Notes: generated by a model from the sequence alone, not told the origin. 64,000 nucleotides of DNA from an uncultured Candidatus Rokubacteria bacterium (GCA_963805625.1 CAWDVE010000010.1:288001-352000); one strand, 5' to 3'. Positions 50,974-59,822 are shown, numbered from the stretch's first letter. Made by a program: numbers and translations.

Positions 50974-51022
50974 GGGACCCTCACACGCGAATTTGAACGG
51001 GTGTGTACGCGCACTCGTGCCC
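50974..51022 (+). repeat. 49-bp direct repeat, copy 2
   Basis: gggaccctcacacgcgaatttgaacgggtgtgtacgcgcactcgtgccc. Confidence 0.92.
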
Positions 51023-51260
51023 TGCTGTGCCCCCGCCATCGCGAGCCGCGGGTGCCCTACCCATGGGTCCCCCTTCGTGGGGGAGGGGGGGGTGCCGGAG
51101 CGGGCTAGTTGCGGGCTAGTTGCGAGTCGCGCCGGGTCGCATCCGGTTCCGTTCGGGGGCAGTGGCGCGCGCCGTTGTGTGCGGTGCAAGTGCCGGCACA
51201 AGTGTCCCCCGTGTACACTGACGACGACCAGCGCCCCTGAGTGCGCCACCCTTGGTGGGT

Positions 51261-51305
51261 CTACGAATCCGAAGGTCGCAGGTTCGAATCCTGCTGGGCG
51301 TACCA
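51261..51305 (+). pseudogene. 3' half of tRNA-Arg(ACG) (foreign att remnant)
   Basis: CTACGAA anticodon loop, tccgaaggtc, T arm gcagg-TTCGAAT-cctgc and tgggcgtACCA; no D arm; followed by a hairpin + T tract. Confidence 0.85.
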
Positions 51306-51490
51306 AGAAATCGGAGGAGTTACAGCTCCTCGGATTTTTGGGTTTGGCTAAAAGCAAGCACCAGGTAAGCGGTCAGCACCTCCAGTGCACAGGGGAGCTA
51401 GGGTTCCGTCCCGGCGGTCTCGCACGTCGGGCGCGGAGCCGGGCCAGCGGTTTCCCAAGTTATCGGAAGTCGTCCTGATGCTGCCCGTCC

Positions 51491-52150
51491 CTAATCGTCC
51501 GAGGATCGCGTCGGACGCCACCACCAAGAACGGAACGAGCCCAGCGCAGCCAGCCCTGTGCCTAACAGGAGGAAGGTGGAGGGCTCTGGGACTCGGGTCC
51601 ACTTCGCGAACGTTCCGTTGAGGTCCTCGCTTGAGTCGTAGGTGGTGTCTGGAGGTACGCCTGACACGGGGAAGCAACATTCGCCTCTTAGTAGGGCTTC
51701 ATCCTGTGGAATGCTCGGAGTAGTGTTTAGAGCTTGAGCCACTAGGACGAAACCATTCTCGATATCGTAAGGCGTAGTGACCCAACAATTAAACTCAAAA
51801 AAACAGCCAAACGTTAACGCTGGGTCGCTGTCGAAATTCCCTGAACCAGGATCATCAACGAGGACTTGATCAAGCAAGGCTTGTGACGCTGCGAGGGCGT
51901 CGCTGGCTGAAGTGAACGGGAAATGCGCCTGGTCGCATGCGCCGAACACCGCCGCACACGTCCCTTCGGCGAACTCAACATCGTAGCGAATGCCTTGCAC
52001 GGACACTCCGGTGGCACCCCTCAAGATCCCGTTCCCGTCCACGACCAAGACGGGCGCACCCTGCGCGGGTATAGGGACCCCAAAGAAAACGACGACGAGG
52101 GCCACGACCAACGGAGGCATGAAACCCATAATGCGTCCCCCTTTCATCAT
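51491..52150 (-). CDS. PEP-CTERM sorting-domain protein
   Basis: Signal peptide; C-terminal VPEPSTFLLLGTGLAALGSFR. Confidence 0.88.
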   Translation of the reverse strand: MMKGGRIMGFMPPLVVALVVVFFGVPIPAQGAPVLVVDGNGILRGATGVSVQGIRYDVEFAEGTCAAVFGACDQAHFPFTSASDALAASQALLDQVLVDDPGSGNFDSDPALTFGCFFEFNCWVTTPYDIENGFVLVAQALNTTPSIPQDEALLRGECCFPVSGVPPDTTYDSSEDLNGTFAKWTRVPEPSTFLLLGTGLAALGSFRSWWWRPTRSSDD

Positions 52151-52771
52151 GTTTGGCCATCGTAGTTGGATGCCACGCGGATAGCAGACAGGTTATTCCG
52201 CACGTAAAAACTAGGAAGACTCCAGCGGACCATGAGCGTCGCCTCCCAGACTGGAACAGCGGTGAGCCGAACCTAGCGCAGATCGCGTAAGGCGTCAATG
52301 AAACGGCAGCATCACGGAAACGGCAGTGCCAAACTTGCAATTCCTTGCAGGTTGGCCGCCCAGGAGGGCGGTAGAGTGAATATCCCTTGCCGGGGTTCCG
52401 AGGCGTCATCATCGCAGCCCGACGAGGCAGCCAACCGCGCCTGCTGCGGTCCTGCTCGGCGAGGGGTCGCCACGATTCGCGCCAGAGAGAGCGAGTTGGC
52501 GAGTGGAGCGATGAGGGAAGGGGCCGCACACCGCCCTCCGCGCCGGCGAAAAGCGCACCGCCTACGCGCCGCTGTGGCCCCCAGGATCGCGTTTGAGAGT
52601 AGGACCGCTGGTGTCAGTCCCGGTGTCAGTGACCCATCGTCACAGGGTCGTCTCGGTCGCGCTCCCTTCTAGTTGGCGGCGAGCGAATCGCCGCTCTGGA
52701 CATGGCGATTCGTATTACCGCGTACGACGGAGCGATATGGCGTCAGACGGGCAGGGAAGGGCTTGGGCGGA

Positions 52772-52816
52772 TTCCTAAACCCTGGGCCGGGTGTTCGATT
52801 CACCCCGGGGGCACCA
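52772..52816 (+). repeat. tRNA-Arg(CCT) 3'-half copy (attR of island 2 / attL of island 3)
   Basis: Identical to 46284-46328; followed by arm-like gtgtcgct x2 (52864, 52876). Confidence 0.95.
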
Positions 52817-52903
52817 ATTTTTACAAGGGGTTGCGGAGCACCATTTCGACGGTTGACCGGCGAGTGTCGCTACAAGTGTCGCTTATCGAGGAGGCGCCGG
52901 CGG

Positions 52904-53770
52904 ATGGAGCGCACGTTCTCTGAGCGCATGGGCTACGGCTCACCCCGCACGATCCAGACCGACGGGATGGATGATCCGCTCCGGTCTTCGCTGTGGAACG
53001 TGATCGCGGGCCTTGTCGATAGCCCCTTCGGCCCCTTCGGGGGCAATGGGAAGTGGTTCGAGGTAGCGCGGCTGATCGCTCGTGAGGTCCTGCGTGTTCC
53101 AATCGACGGCGTGCCTGGGTGGACCGGGGGTGGCGAGTGGCAGGCTCGTGGATGGCTACTCGAGAAGTATCTCTTGCTTGAGTGGTACATGGTGTACGAC
53201 ATCCTTGAAGTCATCGCCCGTAGTGTGCCTGCCCCGAGCCCCACGCAGTTTGAGAAGTCCGCGAACAGCGCACTGGTGCGGGAACTTTCGGCCTTTCGAT
53301 TCGTTGGTGGCCGCCTGACGCGCCTGACAGGCGCCGTCGAGGTCAAGGCCATCGAGGAGGCTAGCCAGGCGGCCACCGGTGCCGGCCTGGATGGTGTCCG
53401 CGAACACCTCGACGAGGCACTCCGTCAACTCGGGCGGCGCCCGGAGCCCGATTATCGGAACGCGATCAAGGAGGCGATCAGCGCGGTCGAGTCCGCCGTC
53501 AGCGCGATGGCGAGCCTCAGGAAGCCTGATCTCGACGAGGCAATCGGGGTACTTCAGGGGAAGGGCCTGATCCACGGCGCGATGGCCGCCGCCTTCACGA
53601 AGCTGTACGGGTACACCAGCGATGCGGGCGGCATCCGGCACGCGCTGCTTGAGGAGGGCGCACCGGTCGGTTTCGACGAGGCGAAGTTCATGGTGGTCGC
53701 GTGTTCGGCCTTCTGCCACTTGCTCATCGCGAAAGCAGACGCCGCCGGACTGCTCAAGAAGCGGAGCTAG
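52904..53770 (+). CDS. AbiJ-like protein (AbiJ_NTD4-type N-terminus, HEPN-like C-terminus), putative anti-phage
   Basis: FSERMGY...LRSSLWN N-terminus; DYRNAIKEAISAVES, KLYGYTSD.GGIRHA and EAKFM motifs; GAGGAGG RBS. Confidence 0.75.
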   Translation: MERTFSERMGYGSPRTIQTDGMDDPLRSSLWNVIAGLVDSPFGPFGGNGKWFEVARLIAREVLRVPIDGVPGWTGGGEWQARGWLLEKYLLLEWYMVYDILEVIARSVPAPSPTQFEKSANSALVRELSAFRFVGGRLTRLTGAVEVKAIEEASQAATGAGLDGVREHLDEALRQLGRRPEPDYRNAIKEAISAVESAVSAMASLRKPDLDEAIGVLQGKGLIHGAMAAAFTKLYGYTSDAGGIRHALLEEGAPVGFDEAKFMVVACSAFCHLLIAKADAAGLLKKRS

Positions 53771-53776
53771 ACTGCC

Positions 53777-54958
53777 TTAGCGCAGGTCCTGCGCTCTACG
53801 CTGGGCCGTTCCCTCCCGCGCCGCGATCCGCGCCGCCGCCGCCCGCAGGTCTTCGGGCGCCACGATGTGGTAGCGGTCGAACACCGAGCGCGTCTCGTGG
53901 CCGGTGATCGTCATGGCCACCTTCTCCGGGGTTCCGTCGTTCACCAGGTTGCGGACCGCCGTCCGCCGGAAGTCGTGGCGCAGCATCCCCGGGCACCCGG
54001 CCCGTTTGCAGGCGGTCCGCCAGGCCCGGCGGAAGTCCCGCACGCGGTCGCCGGCCACGTAACGGCGCTGGCCAGTCTTCGGGTTGAGCGGACCATCGGT
54101 CGCGTGCGCGAACACCCACGGGACGATGCGCCCGAGCGTTCGCTCCAGCGCCCGCACGCGGGTCAGGTGCTCGGCGACGGCGGTCGCCAGGGTCGGGGTC
54201 AGGTACACGACGCGCCTGTCGTCGTTTTTGGTCGTGCCGGGGTCGAGGCGCACGGTGCCGGCCTCCAGGTCGACGTGGCGGCGCGCCAGCGTCAGGACCT
54301 CGTCGCGCACGCGCCAGCCGTAGGTGTAGGCGAGGTCCACCGCGAGCTGGAGGTCCGGGCGGAGGCGCCGGCGCACGGCCGCGAACCGGTCGGCCTCGAA
54401 AAACCCGGCGCGCGGCGCGGCTTCCTTGAGGAGCGTGATCGGCGGCGGGTGCAGCACCTTCCGCCGGCGCGCGGCCAACCGGAGCATCGTGCCCAGCAGG
54501 GACAGCTCGCGGTTGATGGTCCCGTTCGCGAGCGGGCGGCCCCGGCGGCTCACGGTCGCCTGTCGCGCCGCGACGTAGCGCGTGATCGCGGCCTCGTCGA
54601 GATCGACCGCGCGCCAGCCGGTGAAGAAGGCGGTGAGGGGCCGGAGCCGCTTCGCGACATCCGCCGCCGCGCGCTTCCCGGTCGTCTGGTAGTGGAGTGT
54701 CAGATCGGTGGCTAAGTCATCGTACCGGATCTTGTCGATGCGCGGAGGGAGCGGGCGCCCCTCGGCAGCGTGGCCGAGGCGCGTCTGGAGAAACGTCGCG
54801 GCCTCGCTCTTGCGCGTGGTGCCGGTGCTCTCCCATCGCCGGCGGCCGTTAACGACGTACTGCACCCACCAGACGGCGCCGCGCTGGTAGAGGTGGCCGG
54901 TCCCGCGTCGCGCGCGCGGGCGCTGCGGGGGTAGGGAGGGGGATACGGTGCTCATCAT
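53777..54958 (-). CDS. Tyrosine integrase
   Basis: Arm-binding N-terminus (GTGHLYQRGAVWWVQY); catalytic GWR, TKN, HDFRR, TGH and DRY residues. Confidence 0.92.
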   Translation of the reverse strand: MMSTVSPSLPPQRPRARRGTGHLYQRGAVWWVQYVVNGRRRWESTGTTRKSEAATFLQTRLGHAAEGRPLPPRIDKIRYDDLATDLTLHYQTTGKRAAADVAKRLRPLTAFFTGWRAVDLDEAAITRYVAARQATVSRRGRPLANGTINRELSLLGTMLRLAARRRKVLHPPPITLLKEAAPRAGFFEADRFAAVRRRLRPDLQLAVDLAYTYGWRVRDEVLTLARRHVDLEAGTVRLDPGTTKNDDRRVVYLTPTLATAVAEHLTRVRALERTLGRIVPWVFAHATDGPLNPKTGQRRYVAGDRVRDFRRAWRTACKRAGCPGMLRHDFRRTAVRNLVNDGTPEKVAMTITGHETRSVFDRYHIVAPEDLRAAAARIAAREGTAQRRAQDLR

Positions 54959-55115
54959 GCGGTCCTCCTATTGGTTGCCTTGCGGGCGTCGAGGGCGGCG
55001 ATCATGGCGTCTCCTTGTCACGAGACGTTGGGGCATAGGTTGCGGCGGTTATAGTGCGACCGCACGACTCGAGTGAGGACTCTCGCCGAGGGCTTGCATG
55101 CTTCGCCTCTTCCAG

Positions 55116-55132
55116 TGTCGTAAACCTTTACA
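55116..55132 (+). promoter_or_regulatory. TGT-N11-ACA enhancer (PEP-CTERM box)
   Basis: TGTCGTAAACCTTTACA; its reverse complement TGTAAAG....CGACA matches 49532-49548; only a degenerate sigma54 site (cagtacaggatatgca) lies downstream. Confidence 0.65.
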
Positions 55133-55259
55133 TGACCCGGACTCGATGGTTTGGCACTCTAACAAACACAGCCACTTGCGGGCCAGTACAGGATATGCAT
55201 ACCGCCTCTGCACGTGTCTCGCTCCCTGCTCCTAAACCCTTAGCCCGGAGGACCCGACA

Positions 55260-56021
55260 ATGCGGCTACGCTCCGCAGCAGTGTGTCGCCTCGCAGTGCT
55301 TCTCTTGGTAGCGAGCGCGAGCGCCCTGCCTGGCCAGGCGGTCGCCGGGACGGTGTTTGGCCTCGACGACTTCAACGGCGGGCTTCTCCCCAACTGGTCC
55401 TCCGGGAGTTTTGCGCTGGGTGTCGATACGACGCCGAGCGGGGAGAACTTCTTGGGGATCGCCGGCGACAGCAGCAACTTTGGTCTCAGCAGCGGCTCGG
55501 TCACCCTTACGGTCCCGACAGCCGACCCCCATACCTCGGTAACGCTCACGTTCCGGGAGTACGTGATCCGGAGCATGGACGGGGACGAGCCATTCAGCGT
55601 TAGCGCCGACGGCACCGACCTGATCAATCCAGACGCGACGTTCAGCAACCTGGGATCGAGTAGCTGCACTGACAACACGACTGCCGGATGTACCAACATC
55701 AAGGCCATTAACGCGCCTGCGGGGACGGTGGGTCCGACTGTCGGGGCCCTCCTGTTCCCCCCCCTCAACAGCGGCGCGGTTGGCGACACGTTTTACGACC
55801 TGACGTTGACGTTTCCACATACCGCGGCAAACCTCTCGATCATATTCTCGTATAATGGCCAGCAGGGCCTCTTCGACGAGAGCTGGGGCCTCGACAGGGT
55901 AACGGTTGCGACCAACTCCAACCCGACCACGTCGGTGCCGGAACCGGCGACCCTCACTCTGCTGGGCACCGGCCTGATTGCCACTGCGGCCCTGACCAAG
56001 CGCCGAGCACGCCGCCGCTAA
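55260..56021 (+). CDS. PEP-CTERM sorting-domain protein
   Basis: GGAGGA RBS; signal peptide; DESWGLD motif; C-terminal VPEPATLTLLGTGLIATAALTKRRARRR. Confidence 0.92.
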   Translation: MRLRSAAVCRLAVLLLVASASALPGQAVAGTVFGLDDFNGGLLPNWSSGSFALGVDTTPSGENFLGIAGDSSNFGLSSGSVTLTVPTADPHTSVTLTFREYVIRSMDGDEPFSVSADGTDLINPDATFSNLGSSSCTDNTTAGCTNIKAINAPAGTVGPTVGALLFPPLNSGAVGDTFYDLTLTFPHTAANLSIIFSYNGQQGLFDESWGLDRVTVATNSNPTTSVPEPATLTLLGTGLIATAALTKRRARRR

Positions 56022-56304
56022 CGGCAGCGTTTCTGACCCGGCTCCTTCGAGGCCTGGGATGGCCTGCGAGTCGCGCCGCCGGCGCTGTCCGCCGCGCCGG
56101 CGTCGCTGTCCGCATACGCCCCAGACCTCCTGATCCTTTTCGCTCCGACGCACTTCGCGCCGTCGCAGCTCTGCAAACGACGCCGTCCTAAAACCCAGCG
56201 CCTACACCTGATAGGCCGAATCATCCTCCACCGCTCCTGCCTCCACAGGCTCGGAGTGATGGGCCAGCCTCCGGCGGTGGTCGCCGCGCGGGGCCGTCTC
56301 TTGT

Positions 56305-57033
56305 CTATTCCGAGGCTAGCCCGGAAATACGGTTCCAGGTGCGCAAGGTCGTCACGATGGACGCCTGCTCCACCGCCTCGGCGGCGACGTAGCGCGCCCA
56401 CGCCGTCGGCTCGATCTCCGCCCGGATGGCCGCCTCGACGCGCGTCCGCAGCGCGTTCGGGTCCATGGCGTCCAACTCCCAGCCCCGGTCGCCGTAGTGC
56501 TCGACGAACCGGCATAGCGCGGGTCGTCCTCTTTGTCCGACGCCGGGAAGCTCACCCGCGGGCCGAGGGTCCGCGTGTCCTCGACGGTCAGCGCGAGCCG
56601 CCGGAAGATGATGCCCCCGAGCGCGAGATAGCTGTCCGCCACGTCGTCCGACCACGCCCGCGACTCGGCCCGCGTGACGGCATACCGCCCCCGCATCGCG
56701 TGAAAGGCCAGGCGCCGGGGCAGATCCTGCTGGCTCATGCCCATCCCGCTCGGATCGTAGTCGCCGAGGTAGCAGATTACGAGCGGCCGCTCAGGCGACG
56801 CCAACTGCGCAAGCTCGTAGACGCGCGTCGTGCTGCCATAGCCCCCGACCGGGAGGAAATCGACCTCGTAGGTGTCGAGCACCGGGGCCAGCGTCCCGCG
56901 CACCGTGCCCTTCTCTGCGACGATGATGAGGTCCCGCGCCTGCCCGGCCCACTTGTTCCGGCGATAGGACGCCTGAACGGCTCGCGCGAAGGCCGCGGGG
57001 TCGTCCCAGGTGGCGACCCGTTCGATAGCGCGC
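56305..57033 (-). pseudogene. TOPRIM-domain (topoisomerase VI-A-like) mobile-element protein, truncated and frameshifted
   Basis: AEKGTV, GGYGS, YLGDYDPSG and WELDAM motifs; frameshift near 56520; N-terminus cut at the IS end. Confidence 0.7.
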
Positions 57034-58283
57034 TGTCCCTTCCATTTAGTCGATCCAGGTACCTTGGGACCGGCTGCGGCCCGTGGTCATGGGCCTCTGA
57101 TACGACGGACACGCAGCGTGGACCTCCTTGGCTTCGCGCGGAGTCACCGAGGGTGGGTTCCAGTGCACCGAGGCGCACGCACCGACCGGCGCCGTCGATG
57201 TAGGCGGAACGGCCCGCAGACAGGAGCTTACGCCGCTCGCCGACCGTAGCGATGATGGAGGCCGCCGACCATCGGCGTCTCGACGATGCGGCCTTCGTCG
57301 AGTCGCTCCACCGGTCTTGGCTCCGGGGCGTCCTTCTCCAGGGAGAGGTGGGTGCGGGCCCCGTGGTAGTAGATGAGGTACGCGCTGAGCAGGCGGCGCA
57401 GGTGGGTTTTGTTCAGCACCACAACGTGGTCGAGGCACTCGCGGCGGAGGGTGCCGATGAGCCGTTCCACGTAGGGATTCTGCCAAGGGGATCGAGGCGC
57501 CGTCTTGACTTCATGGATCCCCATGGTCTGGACGCGGCTCGAGAACGCGCCCCCGTACACCGCATCGCGATCGCGCAGGAGGTAGCGCGGCGCAGTCTCC
57601 CAGGGGAAGACCTCCACGAGTTGCTGCGCCGTCCACTGGGCCGTGGGGGCGTCGGTGACGTTGATGTGAAGGACGCGCCGCCGCTCGTGCGCCAGGACCA
57701 CGAAGACGAACAGGACCTTGAACATCACGGTGGGGACGACGAAGAAGTCGACGGAGACGAGGGTCTGAAGGTGGTTCTCGAGAAAGGTTCGCCAGGTCTG
57801 CGATGGCGGCTTCCGATGGCGGACGACGTACTTGGACACTGTTGCCTGGGAAATCTCGATGCCCAGCTTCTGGAGCTCTCCGTGAATCCGCGGCGCGCCC
57901 CAGATGGGATTCGCCGTGGACATCCGTCGGATGAGCGCTCGAACCTCCAGGGCGACGGCTGGGCGGCCTGGTCCGTTCCGGCGGCTCTTCCAGGTCCAGA
58001 CGAGCTTGAAGCCGGTCCGCTGCCACCGGATCACCGTCGCGGGTTGGACGACGGAGATGGCATCCATCCAGCCGCTCCACATACGGGACAGCAGGACCCA
58101 CAACAGGCGGTCGGCCGTCCGCAGGCGTGGGCGCCGCGCGGTGCGCTGGAGGACGGCCAGTTGGTGCCGTAACGCGAGGTTCTCGAACACCAAGGAGCGC
58201 TGGGTCCTGACACCACGGAGGAGACCGATGAGGATGAGGGTGGTTCAACGTTGACGAGGCGGATGGAGTAAATAGAAGGCACA
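57034..58283 (-). mobile_element. IS481-like insertion sequence (rve integrase core)
   Basis: TGT...ACA ends; IRs tgtcccttccatttagtcgatcc vs tgtgccttctatttactccatcc; no TSD. Confidence 0.75.
57228..58193 (-). CDS. Transposase with rve integrase core
   Basis: WGAPRIHGEL, DFF, RDRD and PWQNPYVER motifs. Confidence 0.9.
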   Translation of the reverse strand: MVFENLALRHQLAVLQRTARRPRLRTADRLLWVLLSRMWSGWMDAISVVQPATVIRWQRTGFKLVWTWKSRRNGPGRPAVALEVRALIRRMSTANPIWGAPRIHGELQKLGIEISQATVSKYVVRHRKPPSQTWRTFLENHLQTLVSVDFFVVPTVMFKVLFVFVVLAHERRRVLHINVTDAPTAQWTAQQLVEVFPWETAPRYLLRDRDAVYGGAFSSRVQTMGIHEVKTAPRSPWQNPYVERLIGTLRRECLDHVVVLNKTHLRRLLSAYLIYYHGARTHLSLEKDAPEPRPVERLDEGRIVETPMVGGLHHRYGRRAA

Positions 58284-58354
58284 GGCTCGAAGCGGTCGGC
58301 GGCACGTCGTTCCGCCCGGCCGGAGCGCAGGGCAAGACGACCGCGGCGTTCGAG

Positions 58355-58735
58355 GTGACCCGGTCCGACGCCGAGTGGCGCCAGCGCCTCACGCCGCAAC
58401 AGTTCCACGTGCTCCGGCAGCACGGCACCGAGCGGCCGGGAAGCAGCCCCCTCGACAAGGAGTACGGGAAGGGGACCTACCACTGCGCGGGCTGCGACCT
58501 CCCGCTCTTCTCGTCGGAGATGAAGTTTGACAGCGGCACCGGCTGGCCGAGCTTTTGGGCGCCCATCGACAACGCCGTCGGGACGGCGTCGGATCGGAGT
58601 CTCTTCATGGTCCGGACGGAGGTCCACTGCCGGCGGTGTGGCGGGCACCTCGGGCACGTGTTCGAGGACGGGCCCAGGCCGACCGGACTCCGCTATTGCA
58701 TGAATGGCGTCGCGCTGGCGTTCAGGAGGGCCTGA
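58355..58735 (+). CDS. msrB: Methionine-R-sulfoxide reductase; N-terminal leader probably truncated by the IS
   Basis: GTERPG, SGTGWPSF, GHLGHVF and RYCMNG motifs. Confidence 0.92.
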   Translation: MTRSDAEWRQRLTPQQFHVLRQHGTERPGSSPLDKEYGKGTYHCAGCDLPLFSSEMKFDSGTGWPSFWAPIDNAVGTASDRSLFMVRTEVHCRRCGGHLGHVFEDGPRPTGLRYCMNGVALAFRRA

Positions 58736-58822
58736 TCCATGCGATCCGTGGTGTGAGAAAGCTGCACCGCCCGTGGTTGGCGAAGCGGTCGCGCGCCCGG
58801 CGACCGTGGGACGAGGGACACG

Positions 58823-59146
58823 TTGCCGGTCCGCCGGGACCCCGAACCCCGGCCGACGTCGGGGGAGTTCACGGGCCGGATCGTGGAATGGGACGCCGTG
58901 ACCCAGCGCGGCCGTATCCGGGCCGGCGCCTGGCTGTATCACTTCGCCCTGCCCTACTGGAGTGGCGAGCTCCCCGTCCCGCTCGGGGTCGAGGTCACCT
59001 TCCAGGCGACCGCTGCCGGCGAGGCGCGGGATCTGAGATGGCCGACCGCGGCGCCAGCCGTAGTCGGTGGTTTTGACGAGCCGGGCGAGATTGCGACTTT
59101 GGACGCTCCTCGCCCAACCTGTCCATCTCCTTGCACCAACAGGTGA
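58823..59146 (+). CDS. Small cold-shock-like OB-fold protein
   Basis: TGRIVEWD...RGRI...YHF...VEVTF pattern; GAGGGA RBS. Confidence 0.45.
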   Translation: MPVRRDPEPRPTSGEFTGRIVEWDAVTQRGRIRAGAWLYHFALPYWSGELPVPLGVEVTFQATAAGEARDLRWPTAAPAVVGGFDEPGEIATLDAPRPTCPSPCTNR

Positions 59147-59237
59147 AGTGATACCAGTGACTCTGCCAATCCAGCAGGATGGGTCCCGGCTCATCGGTGA
59201 GGCTTTTCGAGCAGGCGTGGCAGCCTCGTCCGATCAT
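58995..59237 (-). CDS. Small putative zinc-finger protein
   Basis: CHAC...HFTC ligand pattern; no clear RBS. Confidence 0.35.
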   Translation of the reverse strand: MIGRGCHACSKSLTDEPGPILLDWQSHWYHFTCWCKEMDRLGEERPKSQSRPARQNHRLRLAPRSAISDPAPRRQRSPGR

Positions 59238-59253
59238 GGTGCGCCCGGGGCCG

Positions 59254-59514
59254 CTACTCGGGGGGACTTACGACCGTTTGCACTGTGCGGTCCTGTCGAC
59301 GGTGCTGTCTAGACTGAGCCGCGATTGTCGCAATGACGAAGACAGCGGCGACGGTGATGAGCACCCCCGCGCTTACCCAACCGAGTAAGAGATAGGTGAC
59401 GAGGGCCAAGACGACAACCCATGACGTCAACACGGCGACAAACACGCGGTCGTCCGGCAAGCAGTGATGGAAGGCATCCGAGGCATCCATCCACCATTTC
59501 ATGACGAGTGCCAT
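59254..59514 (-). CDS. Small membrane protein
   Basis: Two hydrophobic segments. Confidence 0.4.
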   Translation of the reverse strand: MALVMKWWMDASDAFHHCLPDDRVFVAVLTSWVVVLALVTYLLLGWVSAGVLITVAAVFVIATIAAQSRQHRRQDRTVQTVVSPPE

Positions 59515-59822
59515 GCGCAGCTAGGATGCGCGAGTCATGCCAAGGGTCCACGTGTACGGATTCGGCACAAATGGCGTCCTTACGAGGGCGTGGCGGCTGC
59601 ACGGAGCTTCAAGCAGGACCAAAATTGTCATCGGGACCCCGTACCAGGGCAGCAAACTGGGTCATGAACACTCTGATTGATGGCGTCTATTGGATTGACC
59701 GCTGAGCGCCTCGCCAACTCGGTGGTGGAGGAGTGAGTGCCGGGCTGGGCGGCGACCATCCCCACGTCAGCGGGTTATCGTCGCCAGTCGCGGCCCGCTC
59801 GTCCTGGACAGGGTTTCCCCGC

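Larger units (their letters stand above)
46284..52816. mobile_element. Island 2: tyrosine-integrase element at tRNA-Arg(CCT)
   Basis: 45-bp direct repeat of the tRNA 3' half (46284-46328 = 52772-52816); integrase next to attL; arm repeats gtgtcact x2 (46377, 46389) and gtgtcagt x2 (52611, 52623). Confidence 0.9.

Noticed and set aside
52150-52340. TGGCA(C/T) sites upstream of the PEP-CTERM gene at 52150
   Set aside because: They lack the GC at the -12 spacing required for a sigma54 promoter
55230-56196. att-core-like words tcctaaaccct (55230-55240) and tcctaaaaccc (56186-56196) flanking a PEP-CTERM gene; also gattccta near 44156
   Set aside because: Matches of 11 bp or less with no adjacent arm repeats; cannot be separated from chance without statistics
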